A stretch of DNA of 54,756 nucleotides, from NCBI GenBank assembly GCA_048938105.1, contig JBHLMN010000029.1, positions 1 through 54,756 of the forward strand. Direction: 5' to 3'. Below, piece after piece: positions 1 to 9,805 of the stretch. The notes beneath the pieces were generated by a model. That model ran no database searches, was not told the origin of the DNA, and worked only from the letters and a program-made list of their open reading frames with translations. The stretch is from Promethearchaeota archaeon (lineage in GTDB: Archaea > Asgardarchaeota > Heimdallarchaeia > Hodarchaeales > Hodarchaeaceae). Both the position numbers and the translations under genes were made by a program. Within the stretch, counting starts at the first letter, position 1. Each line of letters begins with the position of its first letter.

Positions 1-75
1 CTCCACAACAATGGGACTAACTCCCCATAATAGACTACTCAATAACATAGCGACTTGTGCATTCTTTTTCTGCAT
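1..75 (-). CDS. 5' end of a probable EamA/DMT-family transporter (runs off the window)
   Basis: Manual translation from ATG at 75: MQKKNAQVAMLLSSLLWGVSPIVVE; LLWGxS is typical of EamA TM1; divergent from the HTH regulator. Confidence 0.5.
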   Translation of the reverse strand, partial: MQKKNAQVAMLLSSLLWGVSPIVVE

Positions 76-187
76 GGTAAGAGTATGAGCTCTGAGATAC
101 AAGAACTCACTCCCTCGATTAGGAGGTTAGTTCTTTAAGTCAAGATGTCAAATTATGTTATAACAAATATAAAAAAGGTGAATTCTC

Positions 188-859
188 ATGCTTTATCATG
201 CACTCGTCAAAGTTCATCATAATTGCCCATTTTCCCGATTATCTACTAAATTTCCGATGGTTGAAATGCTACATTGGTGTAATTCTCATTATGACGTACT
301 AGAATTGAGAGGAACTAAGGATAATGTTACTGATGCTATCTCTGAGGTCAATACTTTAGGATCAATTGTTAAGAAATCATTGGATCAAGACCATGTACAG
401 ATGGTTATTAAACAATGTGAATGTGATTACGAACCTTTCTCAGTCATTCTAGACAACCATAAGTGTATTCGACTTCCACCTGTGAAATATCTCGCTGGAG
501 AAGAGGTAGTTAAGCTCCTGATCACCTTAGATGATCTGAAAGTTATTACAAATGAATTGAAAGCAAAAGATTCAAACGCTAAAATTCAAATTCTTAATTT
601 GGCCCCAATTAAAGAAATTGAAACTCCTAAATTTCACCTGTTATATCTAGATGAATTAAGAAAGGATCTGTCAGGAAAACAATTACTTGCATTAACTAAT
701 GCCTACAACAAAGGATATTATGAGCTTCCCAGAAATGTGTCAATTGAGACCCTTTCAGAAGAAATGGCAATTCAACCACGAACCTTTCAGGAACATTTAA
801 GGAAGGCAGAAAGAAAAATAATGAACAAAATTATCCCAGTGCTTAATTTAAATTCGTAA
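188..859 (+). CDS. HTH_10 (bacterio-opsin activator-like) transcriptional regulator
   Basis: C-terminal LSGKQLLALTNAYNKGYYELPRNVSIETLSEEMAI...TFQEHLRKAERKI is the archaeal HTH_10 signature. Confidence 0.85.
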   Translation: MLYHALVKVHHNCPFSRLSTKFPMVEMLHWCNSHYDVLELRGTKDNVTDAISEVNTLGSIVKKSLDQDHVQMVIKQCECDYEPFSVILDNHKCIRLPPVKYLAGEEVVKLLITLDDLKVITNELKAKDSNAKIQILNLAPIKEIETPKFHLLYLDELRKDLSGKQLLALTNAYNKGYYELPRNVSIETLSEEMAIQPRTFQEHLRKAERKIMNKIIPVLNLNS

Positions 860-869
860 TTGAATGCTA

Positions 870-1289
870 TTATATGGTAAAAAGCCTAATACTAAGGAGT
901 GGAAGGATTAGAAATCTCCAGGTCAGAAAGATTTCATACGCCAAAAGGAAGAATGACAACATCCGTGTCCCTTCTAGGATTAGTCTCGTGTTTTTTAGAT
1001 GATTAGTCAATATCTCGATATATTTCCAAAAGAATACACCGAGGATGATTTCGGGGATCGCATCAGGGATCTCAGTCAAATAGGAGTCAGGTTCACCATA
1101 ATTTATCGTAAGATATAGTCCAGACATGAAAGTGGTTAATATTATGAAGAAATCCCACGCATACCAAGTTTTCCGCTTAATAAGGCGCCCTTGATGTATA
1201 GTTTCCTGATGGAGAGGATTCAATTCATAAATGTCTTGTTTAATATGTTTGGCATACTTTTGTAAGCATAACGAATATCCTTTTGACAT
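870..1289 (-). CDS. hypothetical membrane protein
   Basis: 139 aa ORF with ~3 hydrophobic segments. Confidence 0.5.
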   Translation of the reverse strand: MSKGYSLCLQKYAKHIKQDIYELNPLHQETIHQGRLIKRKTWYAWDFFIILTTFMSGLYLTINYGEPDSYLTEIPDAIPEIILGVFFWKYIEILTNHLKNTRLILEGTRMLSFFLLAYEIFLTWRFLILPLLSIRLFTI

Positions 1290-1514
1290 CTAGATAAATG
1301 AAAAAAATGAAACTACCTTCCACGAGAATTGGATCACTTAACCAAGAATCCAGAAGGAATAATCTAAATGGAGACATTTTTCGGACTCCAGAACATCCCA
1401 ATATTTGTGTTTACGAAGATAAATACACATTACATTTTAATATTTTACTTATCCTTTTGTTAAGGGTTGTGGTATGTGTACCACGAAGGAGAATCGAAGG
1501 TGAATAAAAATTAT

Positions 1515-1611
1515 AAAGAGGGAATGTACCAACATTTTGTTTTTCATGTAATGAAATACTCATAGACAGTGAAGATCTAATAATATCCTTTGATGAAAAC
1601 TAATATGTGAA
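1515..1611 (+). pseudogene. orphan 3' end of a paralog of the 14591..15355 TPR/zinc-ribbon gene
   Basis: aaagagggaatgtaccaacattttgtttttcatgtaatgaaatactc...gaaaactaatatgtgaa matches ~15267-15363 with few substitutions, including the stop codon. Confidence 0.85.
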
Positions 1612-1725
1612 TACATTTTTGTGATAACAAAATGCACTTTTTTCCCCCTACTGGATTTAAAAAGGCCATTCTAGAACAACCAAAGTGAAAGAGGATAATC
1701 TCCATCATTAAAAGGATTCACACAG

Positions 1726-1995
1726 ATGTATCAGGCATGTTTGTATTTAATAAGGGGAGAAGAGGGCTATTTCTGTCTGAAGCTGAAAGAATGGAATGAG
1801 CCGTGTCCCCCCAAGTGTCCACATCATGAACCAGTTATAAGTGCCACTGATACTGAAGTGGACACTAGAAAATACCATGTCGAATGCCAGCATTGCACAC
1901 GAATCCTGTCCACGCAAGATTCGACATCTCGACCCATGGTTTATTGTACACTACTAGAAATGGAAGATCCCTGGTGCGACAAGTGTGAGATTTGA
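1726..1995 (+). CDS. small Cys-rich (putative zinc-binding) protein
   Basis: 89 aa, several CxxC-like motifs, upstream aagga. Confidence 0.55.
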   Translation: MYQACLYLIRGEEGYFCLKLKEWNEPCPPKCPHHEPVISATDTEVDTRKYHVECQHCTRILSTQDSTSRPMVYCTLLEMEDPWCDKCEI

Positions 1996-2363
1996 GCTGA
2001 AATGGAGATATGCTGGATGATGGGAGTTTAAAGAGTGGTTTGAACACGATATATTAAAACCTAGTGCCAATGCCATAAATCCTCAGAATTGATCTTAGGT
2101 TCTCGGCCGTATTTTCGTTCCAAGGGGTGTAAGGAGTCTGAAATCATAGATTTATTTTTCTTAGATGCTTGTGATGACTTATCAGGAGTTGGTTGCACAA
2201 GGGCTCACCAATGAAAAAGAATTACATGACAGAAAGAGTCGCTTGGAAAGCCTCAAGGCTACTTGAACTAGCAGGTCTGGTGCGACTAGATGTAACCGAC
2301 TAGCATTTCCACATTTCTGTCTTGAGGAGAACTAGCCCTAATGGGTATTTAAACTTCAAGCGG

Positions 2364-2615
2364 TCACGTTTCTAAATGATATCCAGTGCATCTTACAATC
2401 AGCGAAGTCTCCCTATAGTTACGCACTTTTTTTTTAAATCCTAAACATGAGATAAGGAAAAAGGGCTTAGGGGTCTCTTTTTCAAACTCTAGGAGCCCCT
2501 CATCCCGATATAGCTTGGATGCTATTGCTTTCCTGTAAAAATCAGGGACACTGTCAGCATATCCTGTTGCGATGGCTAAAGCGATGGCTCTTCTCAAGTT
2601 GTCACTCATTGGCAT
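2364..2615 (-). CDS. possible ribbon-helix-helix (CopG/Arc-like) protein, perhaps degenerate
   Basis: MPMSDNLRRAIALAIATGYADSVPDFYRKAI resembles RHH proteins; C-terminus looks non-specific. Confidence 0.35.
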   Translation of the reverse strand: MPMSDNLRRAIALAIATGYADSVPDFYRKAIASKLYRDEGLLEFEKETPKPFFLISCLGFKKKVRNYRETSLIVRCTGYHLET

Positions 2616-2842
2616 GTTGATGTTTTTTGGGAAGAATTTAGATCAATAAACTCCATTTCTTGAACCTTAGATACTTTTCTATGAATTAATTATGTTTCTC
2701 CTTTATAAACCCAAAAACATCATCTCTTTTCTTTCCCCCTACTTAGGATATCCTAAGGTTATTCTATACAAGGTGAATTATCTTTTGAGAGCTGTTTATC
2801 AGGTATACCCAGACGATCCTCCAATATAACACGAGTGAAAGA

Positions 2843-2900
2843 GATAGGTCTGCTTAATTTCCACAGTTTTATTAAAACTAATCCTTGTGCGATTAGTGGC
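2843..2900 (-). repeat. partial 23S 3'-end/trailer repeat (modules C+D)
   Basis: gataggtctgcttaatttccacagtttt...cttgtgcgattagtggc vs master at 53915-53964. Confidence 0.8.
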
Positions 2901-3011
2901 AGCTCCTAAAATAAGACATGAATTAAACTAAGAAAAGGCAACTTTGGAGGGTAAGGATTTATTAGGGAGGTAGGACTGAAATGATTCGGTTAATTTAATT
3001 TTTAGTGAAAA

Positions 3012-3950
3012 ATGATGAAAAGATGGGAGAAAAAACCAGAACTTACAATATTTGCTATGCTAATTTCTTATTTAACAATTCAAGCGATTCTCAATATTCC
3101 TCTCTATTTTCTCATTCTTAAACCAATTTTTCCTCACATCTCGAATGAGTGGGAGATTTATCATATCATACTATCTGGATCACCAGTGGGAATGGTAATA
3201 TTGTTTAGTATAATAACACTTGTCGTTCAATTTTTCAGTAGTGTTTTGGTGTTTCGTAGATTTTCTAAATCTAATCAGTGGAATCCAAATGCGTTTCATT
3301 GGTTAGGAAGTTATTTCGTCTATTTTTGTGTAATGGGCTCACTAATTCCGGTAATAGGATTATATATTCCTGAATTCCAAGGGAACTTGGAATGGCTGTG
3401 GCTTTGGTTAATGTTAGGTAGCCTATCATGTCTCATTATACTCGCCTCCCTCTCTTTCATCGGATTAATGCTTTTTGCTTTTCCTACTTTTCTTACAATA
3501 TTCATGGATAATATAATAATTTTCTCCGAAAAAACAGGAAATCTCCTGGGAATTAACAAGGTTTTTGTGGGAGATTACATCCCAGCGGGAGGGATCTGGG
3601 TAATGATTCGTGTAAGTGTTCTCTTTAGTCCAATACTTCTGCTTTTTCCAGTTGCACTCTTCAAGATCAGTCAAAGATTCATAGAAAATATTTCAACAGG
3701 AAAGAAAAAAGAACGAAAATCACTCTGTAGTTATATGAGAGAAAATAAAGGAATTTTTGGCTATTTATCCATTACTACTGGTTATTGGACGGTTCTACCA
3801 ATATTATTAATGCTTTATTTTGTCGAGGAACATTCAACTGTGGAAACAATAGGTGGATCCATATTTCTTATAATAATAAGTTGTCTATGGGTTATACTTT
3901 TCTTCATTTTACCCTTTTTACTATGTTTGACAAAAAGGTACACTGAATAA
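3012..3950 (+). CDS. multi-pass membrane protein
   Basis: 312 aa, ~7-8 TM segments; shares HWxxxYxxYF with 4071..4919. Confidence 0.7.
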   Translation: MMKRWEKKPELTIFAMLISYLTIQAILNIPLYFLILKPIFPHISNEWEIYHIILSGSPVGMVILFSIITLVVQFFSSVLVFRRFSKSNQWNPNAFHWLGSYFVYFCVMGSLIPVIGLYIPEFQGNLEWLWLWLMLGSLSCLIILASLSFIGLMLFAFPTFLTIFMDNIIIFSEKTGNLLGINKVFVGDYIPAGGIWVMIRVSVLFSPILLLFPVALFKISQRFIENISTGKKKERKSLCSYMRENKGIFGYLSITTGYWTVLPILLMLYFVEEHSTVETIGGSIFLIIISCLWVILFFILPFLLCLTKRYTE

Positions 3951-4070
3951 CTCTATCATTCAGTATGAAGATAGCAAAAAAATAACCAAAGATCGTTCCA
4001 AGTAAAACACCTACAATAAAAGCAAGTTTCAGGCTTGATTTGATGTTATCAAAGGTTTGATCTAATGGAT

Positions 4071-4919
4071 TCATAATCCTCGATGATTATCTTGTGTGGA
4101 ACTTCGCTTGGCTAATATAACCCCAATATGATATAAGATAGCATAAAGAAAAGGTAAGAAGAGTATGGCAATCATGAAAAGCATACCCATCATGAAAACG
4201 AAACCAAAGAAAGCATCACTTCCACTTGAACCCATAGAAGAACCAATTGCCCCAAGTCCTGCAATGAATAATCCAAAAGAAACAATAAAGAAATTCAATG
4301 CTCCTAAAATGCCTATTCCAGCCAAAGGCCAAAGAAGAATGTTCTTTACCGAGGGATTTAGAATTTGAAGAGAGAGTACACTAAGACCGACGGTTAAAAA
4401 ATAGATAATATATCCCACGAACCAGTGTAAACCATTGGGTCTATCTAGACCAGTTTTAATCCACTTCCACCCAATGTAAATATTTACCACAATAGTCGAT
4501 AAACTAAAACCACAACCAATAAGCCAAACGAGGATAATATCATCACCAGAAAAAGTGGATAGATCTAATAAATCAGGTTTCATGAAAACCAAACAGAGAG
4601 CGAGGAATATATTGAGACCAAATTGGAGTAACAAGAAAAGGGTAGTGTAAAATAGAATTCGAGGATCTAAAGCAAGAAAAGAAGCAGTCAAGTGTTTAGA
4701 TTCAAGGATGAATACCATAAGAATTAGGGGGACTGCAGCTGCGCCACCAAAGATCAATAGTGGATTTATATATATTCCATCTTCGGAAGAATTAGTATTT
4801 AGCATTTCAGGAATATAAGGAAGTGCTAGGAGAGATAGGATGACAAGATAGCCTCCATACAAAATCAGAGCAATAATGACAAATTTATTCTTGACTTGGT
4901 CGGGAATTCTAGAAGACAA
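4071..4919 (-). CDS. multi-pass membrane protein
   Basis: 282 aa, ~7 TM segments. Confidence 0.7.
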   Translation of the reverse strand: MSSRIPDQVKNKFVIIALILYGGYLVILSLLALPYIPEMLNTNSSEDGIYINPLLIFGGAAAVPLILMVFILESKHLTASFLALDPRILFYTTLFLLLQFGLNIFLALCLVFMKPDLLDLSTFSGDDIILVWLIGCGFSLSTIVVNIYIGWKWIKTGLDRPNGLHWFVGYIIYFLTVGLSVLSLQILNPSVKNILLWPLAGIGILGALNFFIVSFGLFIAGLGAIGSSMGSSGSDAFFGFVFMMGMLFMIAILFLPFLYAILYHIGVILAKRSSTQDNHRGL

Positions 4920-5060
4920 GGGTCAGAATCCTCCAATTCGTATTATCCTTAGGATTTCAAAATTCAGATACACTCACCATTTCCTCTCATATATTCCTTT
5001 CTCTCTTTTCTCTAAGATAGGCTTCTTTAAGCAATGGTTAATAATTAGGGCCATCACTCA

Positions 5061-5094
5061 CAAAAAATCTCCGTGTGGATTCATCATGAAACTT
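5061..5094. repeat. 34-bp perfect direct repeat, copy 1 (upstream of fba)
   Basis: caaaaaatctccgtgtggattcatcatgaaactt identical to 6428-6461. Confidence 0.9.
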
Positions 5095-5228
5095 ACAATT
5101 TTGTAATTCATGCAATAATGTGAATCAAACATCATTAATATTCCCATTCTTAAGTAGTTGGGATTGATATCTATTGATGTAGCTTAGTCAGATAATAGAC
5201 TTTCAATTGATGGAGAGATTTTTATTTC

Positions 5229-5282
5229 CCGAAAATAAACGAAAAACGTACATACATCAGACCGACTGCTATCACATTGAAA
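5229..5282 (-). repeat. partial 23S-trailer repeat (module A)
   Basis: cgtacatacatcagaccgactgctatcacattga. Confidence 0.7.
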
Positions 5283-5388
5283 ATTTTTGGAAGTATGATC
5301 TTAAAGGATGTATCCTAGAGCTCTTCCTAAACAGATAATTCATTAACTTTGATCAAAAGGAAAAAATCCCCAAAAATAGAAAGGAACG

Positions 5389-6411
5389 GTGAAAGAAATG
5401 GTAAGTTATCGAGAATTGGGATTAATAAACACTACAGGACTATTCAAGAAAGCTCTCAAAGGCAATTATGCGATTCCTGGTTATAATTTCAACAATATGG
5501 AGCAACTGCAAGCAATCATTAAAGCCTGTGTGGAAACTGAATCGCCTGTAATTTTACAAGTCTCAAAAGGGGCTCGAGACTATGCGAACCAAACACTCTT
5601 ACGATACATGGTAGAGGGAGCAGTGGCATACGCAAAAAAATTACACCCTGATGGAATACAGATTCCAATTGTCCTTCATCTTGATCACGGAGGAGATTTT
5701 GATATCTGTAAATCATGCATCGATATGGGGTTCAGTTCAGTCATGTATGACGGCTCTTACTTGCCCTATGAGGAAAATATTAAGATTTCGCAAAGAGTCG
5801 TAGAGTACGCACACTCTCAGGAAGATTATGTCTCAGTAGAATGTGAGTTAGGGGTATTGGCAGGTGTTGAAGACGAGATTTCCGCAGAGAAGTCAACCTA
5901 TACAAATCCAGAAGAGGTAATTGATTTTTCTACACGGACAGAGTGTGATAGCTTAGCAATTTCGATTGGCACTTCACACGGTGCAAATAAGTTTACTCCC
6001 ACGCAATGTACACGAAATGAAGAAGGCATTCTTATCCCCCCTCCTCTCCGATTTGATATCTTAAAAGAAATCCAGAAAAAGTTACCAGAATTTCCCATCG
6101 TACTCCACGGTTCATCATCTGTTCCTCCAGATTTTGTTAAAATGATTAATGAACATGGAGGAGCATTGAAAGATGCGATTGGTATCCCTGAGGAGCAATT
6201 AAAAAGGGCCGCACAGATGAACGTATGCAAAATAAACATCGATTCAGATGGAAGATTGGCGGTAACAGCTATGATTCGAAGAATGTTCGCAGAAAAACCG
6301 GCATCGTTTGACCCCAGAGAGTATTTAGGCCCAGCTCGTGAAGCGTTAGCTCAGTTGTATGCTCGAAAGAATCGAGAGGTCTTAGGCTCTGCAGGGCATG
6401 CTTTAGACTAA
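5389..6411 (+). CDS. fba: class II fructose-1,6-bisphosphate aldolase
   Basis: Motifs YNFNNMEQLQAI, VLHLDHG, FSSVMYDGS, VECELG, LAISIGTSHG, VLHGSSS, KINIDSD, FDPREYLG. Confidence 0.95.
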   Translation: MKEMVSYRELGLINTTGLFKKALKGNYAIPGYNFNNMEQLQAIIKACVETESPVILQVSKGARDYANQTLLRYMVEGAVAYAKKLHPDGIQIPIVLHLDHGGDFDICKSCIDMGFSSVMYDGSYLPYEENIKISQRVVEYAHSQEDYVSVECELGVLAGVEDEISAEKSTYTNPEEVIDFSTRTECDSLAISIGTSHGANKFTPTQCTRNEEGILIPPPLRFDILKEIQKKLPEFPIVLHGSSSVPPDFVKMINEHGGALKDAIGIPEEQLKRAAQMNVCKINIDSDGRLAVTAMIRRMFAEKPASFDPREYLGPAREALAQLYARKNREVLGSAGHALD

Positions 6412-6427
6412 AATTCATATGGAATGC

Positions 6428-6461
6428 CAAAAAATCTCCGTGTGGATTCATCATGAAACTT
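6428..6461. repeat. 34-bp perfect direct repeat, copy 2 (downstream of fba)
   Basis: identical to 5061-5094. Confidence 0.9.
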
Positions 6462-6665
6462 TCGATAATATTCATCTTTAGTCATTAGAGGAGAAGGATC
6501 AATACCAAGAGATCTCATAATAGAGTCTGTATTAAAATCTGAAAGAATTTAGTTAGGATGTATTTCACTAAAGAACTCCTTTCCACAATCGGGGTAAGAA
6601 ACAATTTTGATGAAGTAGGGTTCCCAACCATTGGTATCTCCGTAATCCACTTCCAAGTATTTCCT

Positions 6666-6785
6666 CCGAAACGCACAAACAGCGTACAGACATCAGACCG
6701 AATGCCCATACATTGAAGATTGACACTCATGAAGCTGCCTGGCGATAGTGTTTGCCAAAAAGCTTAACTTCCACAGTTTTTTAGA
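6666..6785 (-). repeat. near-complete 23S-trailer repeat
   Basis: cagcgtacagacatcagaccgaatgccc...gaagctgcctggcgatag...ttaacttccacagtttt. Confidence 0.85.
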
Positions 6786-6862
6786 AGGACTACTCCTTAA
6801 AGTGTTACGTTACATAGTGTCAAACAGAAAGAGAGAGAAAAAAAACAGAGATATCACTAAAG

Positions 6863-7345
6863 TTAACCAGCTACTGCTAAATATCTGTCTAAAACCCACC
6901 AGACAATAAAAAATACACCAAAAATTATCCAATCAATAATCCAGAAGAGGGGAATCGGGAAATCAATTTGAAACAGATCCCATAATGGGGTCCAGACTGG
7001 ATCACCGAATTTCCATGTGCCTTGGAAAAGTGCTTTAGTTAACCAATGGCCAATATCTTGAAAAAATTGGATTAAAAAAGCACCACCAATAGTCAATAAC
7101 CAATCCGTTTTCTCTCGGGTGAGGAATGGAACAATAGATAGCATCAAAAAGATAAAAAACGCGTAAAGCATCCAATAGAACGGAAAATTATGGAGTTCAT
7201 AGTCCAAATAATAAACAAATGCCTGAGCTTCAATTCCTCCAAGTAATAAGGCGATCAAACAAGCCCAAATGATAATTATGGCCTTATCAAATCTATCCAA
7301 GTCGATACGACGATTTTTCATTGCAGTTACACCAGATTTCAACAA
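6863..7345 (-). CDS. hypothetical membrane protein
   Basis: 160 aa (likely ATG start at 7321), 4 TM segments, Trp-rich. Confidence 0.65.
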   Translation of the reverse strand: MLKSGVTAMKNRRIDLDRFDKAIIIIWACLIALLLGGIEAQAFVYYLDYELHNFPFYWMLYAFFIFLMLSIVPFLTREKTDWLLTIGGAFLIQFFQDIGHWLTKALFQGTWKFGDPVWTPLWDLFQIDFPIPLFWIIDWIIFGVFFIVWWVLDRYLAVAG

Positions 7346-7520
7346 ATAGTTATCTGTTTAAAACAATTGTTCATAATTATAAGTGATTACTGCTGAAAAA
7401 AAGTGAAAAAAGAATAAAATCTAGTAAAAAACACATATTACATTTCCCCCAAGCCTCCTCAAAGGATGATTATCAACGAAGGTTCTTTTATCCAATATGT
7501 GGAGGAATTTTAAGGTGAAA

Positions 7521-7638
7521 TAAAGGAGGGGAGATTGGGGGATCGTGAAACTTGGAAAAAGCTATTTCTCAAAATAAAAAAAGATGTATAGACATCAGAT
7601 CGTTTGCTTCAATTTCAGGGTATTTGGTCTGATATCTG
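7521..7638. repeat. ~95-bp repeat shared with 27301-27394, ending in module A followed by an inverted module A
   Basis: taaaggaggggagattgggggatcgtgaaacttggaaaaagct...gacatcaga..gtttgcttcaatttcag; 7607-7638 is the reverse complement of module A. Confidence 0.8.
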
Positions 7639-7726
7639 AAGATTTATTTCGTTTTTCTGGAATTTCAGAAGAGTAGGGACAAAGTACTACCAACACCTAC
7701 TATACTCCCAGTTTTTATTCAAGAAA

Positions 7727-8533
7727 TCAAGAATTAAGATCTTTATGTTTATCCAAGAATTCTTCATAGTCTCTTAGCATAAGATGATAACTATCATACT
7801 TCAGTTCTAAATTCATATATAATGCTGTTTGTTTTATAAGCCAGTTATTCCATTTAGTGACTTCAGGATGAGCTAAATCGAGATGTAGAGCGGTATCGAT
7901 CAACTCGTTCTGCTTTATAGCAGTGTCAGTTCCCACTGATAAAGGTAATCGAAAAAGTTCGAGGAGTGATTGAGCACCTTGTATATCTTGTAAAGAAAAT
8001 CTAGGAGTCTCCTCAGTGTTAGGGAAGACTTCCTCAAGAAGACACTGGAGCTCGGTATATTCCTTAAGTTGGAAGTGACACTTTGCAAGAAGTAACTTGA
8101 CATCTAATTTCCTTTCAGGGGTAAGTGGGCCACTTTGTTGTAGACGTGTAAGCCGATTAATCGCAGACCGATAGTTACCAATGTTAAATTCTGTATTAGC
8201 TCTGCTAAAGTCATCACCGGAAAAAAATTTTCCAACAGGTTTGAGATAACTTGTTCGAATAGAAGAGTTCTCCAAACTTTTCGAAGAGAACCTATTAGGA
8301 TCTGGGGAATACTGATACAAAAAAACGAACATTCCAAAACTAAATAGTAATCCTAGGATACCAGCCACAAAGACAGCTACCATAAACATATCTCCGTTTG
8401 GAGTTGGACTAATCCATTCCATTCCAAGCATTGTTAAACCGAAATCTATCATGGATGGTAGGGATGCTACTATCAAGGTTCCACTAATAAAGGCTAAAAT
8501 GAAAGTACAAATGTAAAGCTTTAAACTACGCAT
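7727..8533 (-). CDS. membrane-anchored protein with TPR-like helices
   Basis: 2 N-terminal TMs then ANTEFNIGNYRSAI...LLLAKCHFQLKEY TPR-like segment. Confidence 0.6.
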   Translation of the reverse strand: MRSLKLYICTFILAFISGTLIVASLPSMIDFGLTMLGMEWISPTPNGDMFMVAVFVAGILGLLFSFGMFVFLYQYSPDPNRFSSKSLENSSIRTSYLKPVGKFFSGDDFSRANTEFNIGNYRSAINRLTRLQQSGPLTPERKLDVKLLLAKCHFQLKEYTELQCLLEEVFPNTEETPRFSLQDIQGAQSLLELFRLPLSVGTDTAIKQNELIDTALHLDLAHPEVTKWNNWLIKQTALYMNLELKYDSYHLMLRDYEEFLDKHKDLNS

Positions 8534-8564
8534 TTTTCACTCTACTCAACAATTTAATCTTCTC

Positions 8565-8637
8565 CCGAACATAGAACCACAGCGTACAGACATCAGACCG
8601 CTCTTGCTTTAATTGAGGCTAACAACTTTCTAAGCTA
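8565..8637 (-). repeat. 23S-trailer repeat (A + degenerate B) overlapping the stop of 8630..9124
   Basis: tagaaccacagcgtacagacatcagaccg...aattgaggctaac. Confidence 0.8.
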
Positions 8638-9124
8638 TTTCCCTAAGCTTCTGTAAAATAACCCTAAGATCACTAAAATAATCAATCTGCTGATTTACAC
8701 CAGCTGATAGATAACCCTTCAGAGCTATCTGAACTGCTTCTTTCTGACTTATTAATGCTTTTGGGTGAAAGATAAATACAGAAGCATTCGGATTATGCTG
8801 AGAAAGGTGTTGTAGGGAGAGATCTAAAAAATATTTGGCTCGAGAAAGATCAGAGATGAGGATAGACTCTATAATGAAGACCATTGCTTTCACATAACTG
8901 AAAATCTCTTGCTGGACGAATTTTTCACTTTCAATTAATTCCAGAGATTCACTCTGACTCAAGGGGAATACCTTCTGTTGTTTCTTTCGTAACGATTCGA
9001 TCGGACTCAAGATTCGATTCAATAATTCAGAATTAGACTCGATCCTATCGTAATAAACCATCTTATTTGAAAATCCCAGAATAAGAATCCAATCTTCTAG
9101 AACTCCCATAATAATCGACTTCAT
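8630..9124 (-). CDS. degenerate Rag/Gtr-like small-GTPase-fold protein (no P-loop); paralog of 45735..46229
   Basis: IFSYVKAMVFII...AKYFLDLSLQHLSQHNPNASVFIF resembles the Rag-like core also seen in 16894..17472. Confidence 0.55.
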   Translation of the reverse strand: MKSIIMGVLEDWILILGFSNKMVYYDRIESNSELLNRILSPIESLRKKQQKVFPLSQSESLELIESEKFVQQEIFSYVKAMVFIIESILISDLSRAKYFLDLSLQHLSQHNPNASVFIFHPKALISQKEAVQIALKGYLSAGVNQQIDYFSDLRVILQKLREIA

Positions 9125-9165
9125 ATTTTATAACATAAAATCTCAAGAGCTTCCTGAAATATTCA

Positions 9166-9702
9166 TCAGACATTTTCTTCTTCACATTTAAGTACTTTTA
9201 ATACCAAATCGTGTAAAATGGTTTCAATAGTTTCTTTATCCGTTGGTTTGATCTCGTAATAAGATAAACCCAGCTCTTCAGCTAATGCCATCCCCTCTCC
9301 TTTCATTATTGTTTCGGAATTAGTAATAAATCCAACTAAAGCAATAGGAAAGGCAGCTTGAGGATGATGTTTTTTTAATTCTCTATACCAATCTCTCACA
9401 GCGTGAAAGGAGTTTTGGTCAACCTTTTCAAATGTAATTATTGCAGCAGAAGCACCCCGAAAATAACTCGGACGGAGCTTATCAAAAAACTCCTGTCCTA
9501 TGGTATCTACGAGAATGAGGTTAACCTCATTGTTGTTTACTTTAATCTGTTTAGTTATAATATCAACTCCCAGAGTGGGTAAATAGTTCGTTGTAAACTT
9601 CCCTTCTGCAAATCTCCTGATAAGTGAGGTTTTAAACTCAGTAGATCCCAGAACGCAAATTTTCAATAATTCTTCATACATTCCTTTCTTCTGGACAGAC
9701 AT
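9166..9702 (-). CDS. Rab-like small GTPase with degenerate G1/G4
   Basis: KICVLG, YLPTLGVD, DTIGQEFFDKLRPSYFRGASAAIITF; G1 lacks GKS, no NKxD. Confidence 0.85.
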   Translation of the reverse strand: MSVQKKGMYEELLKICVLGSTEFKTSLIRRFAEGKFTTNYLPTLGVDIITKQIKVNNNEVNLILVDTIGQEFFDKLRPSYFRGASAAIITFEKVDQNSFHAVRDWYRELKKHHPQAAFPIALVGFITNSETIMKGEGMALAEELGLSYYEIKPTDKETIETILHDLVLKVLKCEEENV

Positions 9703-9783
9703 CAGACCGAACGCTCTGTAATTGAAGATTTACACTCCTTAAACTACCTGACGATAGTTCCGCTTAATTTCCACACGGTTAAC
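9693..9783 (-). repeat. near-complete 23S-trailer repeat supplying the ATG of 9166..9702
   Basis: ggacagacatcagaccgaacg...ctgacgatagttccgcttaatttccacacggtta. Confidence 0.9.
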
Positions 9784-9805
9784 ACATTTCAGTATAACTC
9801 ATTTT

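Noticed and set aside
9765-9776. Module C (aatttccac) as an archaeal ORB/origin element
   Set aside because: Only a half match to the ORB consensus, no G-string, no orc1/cdc6 nearby, and it is explained as part of the rRNA trailer
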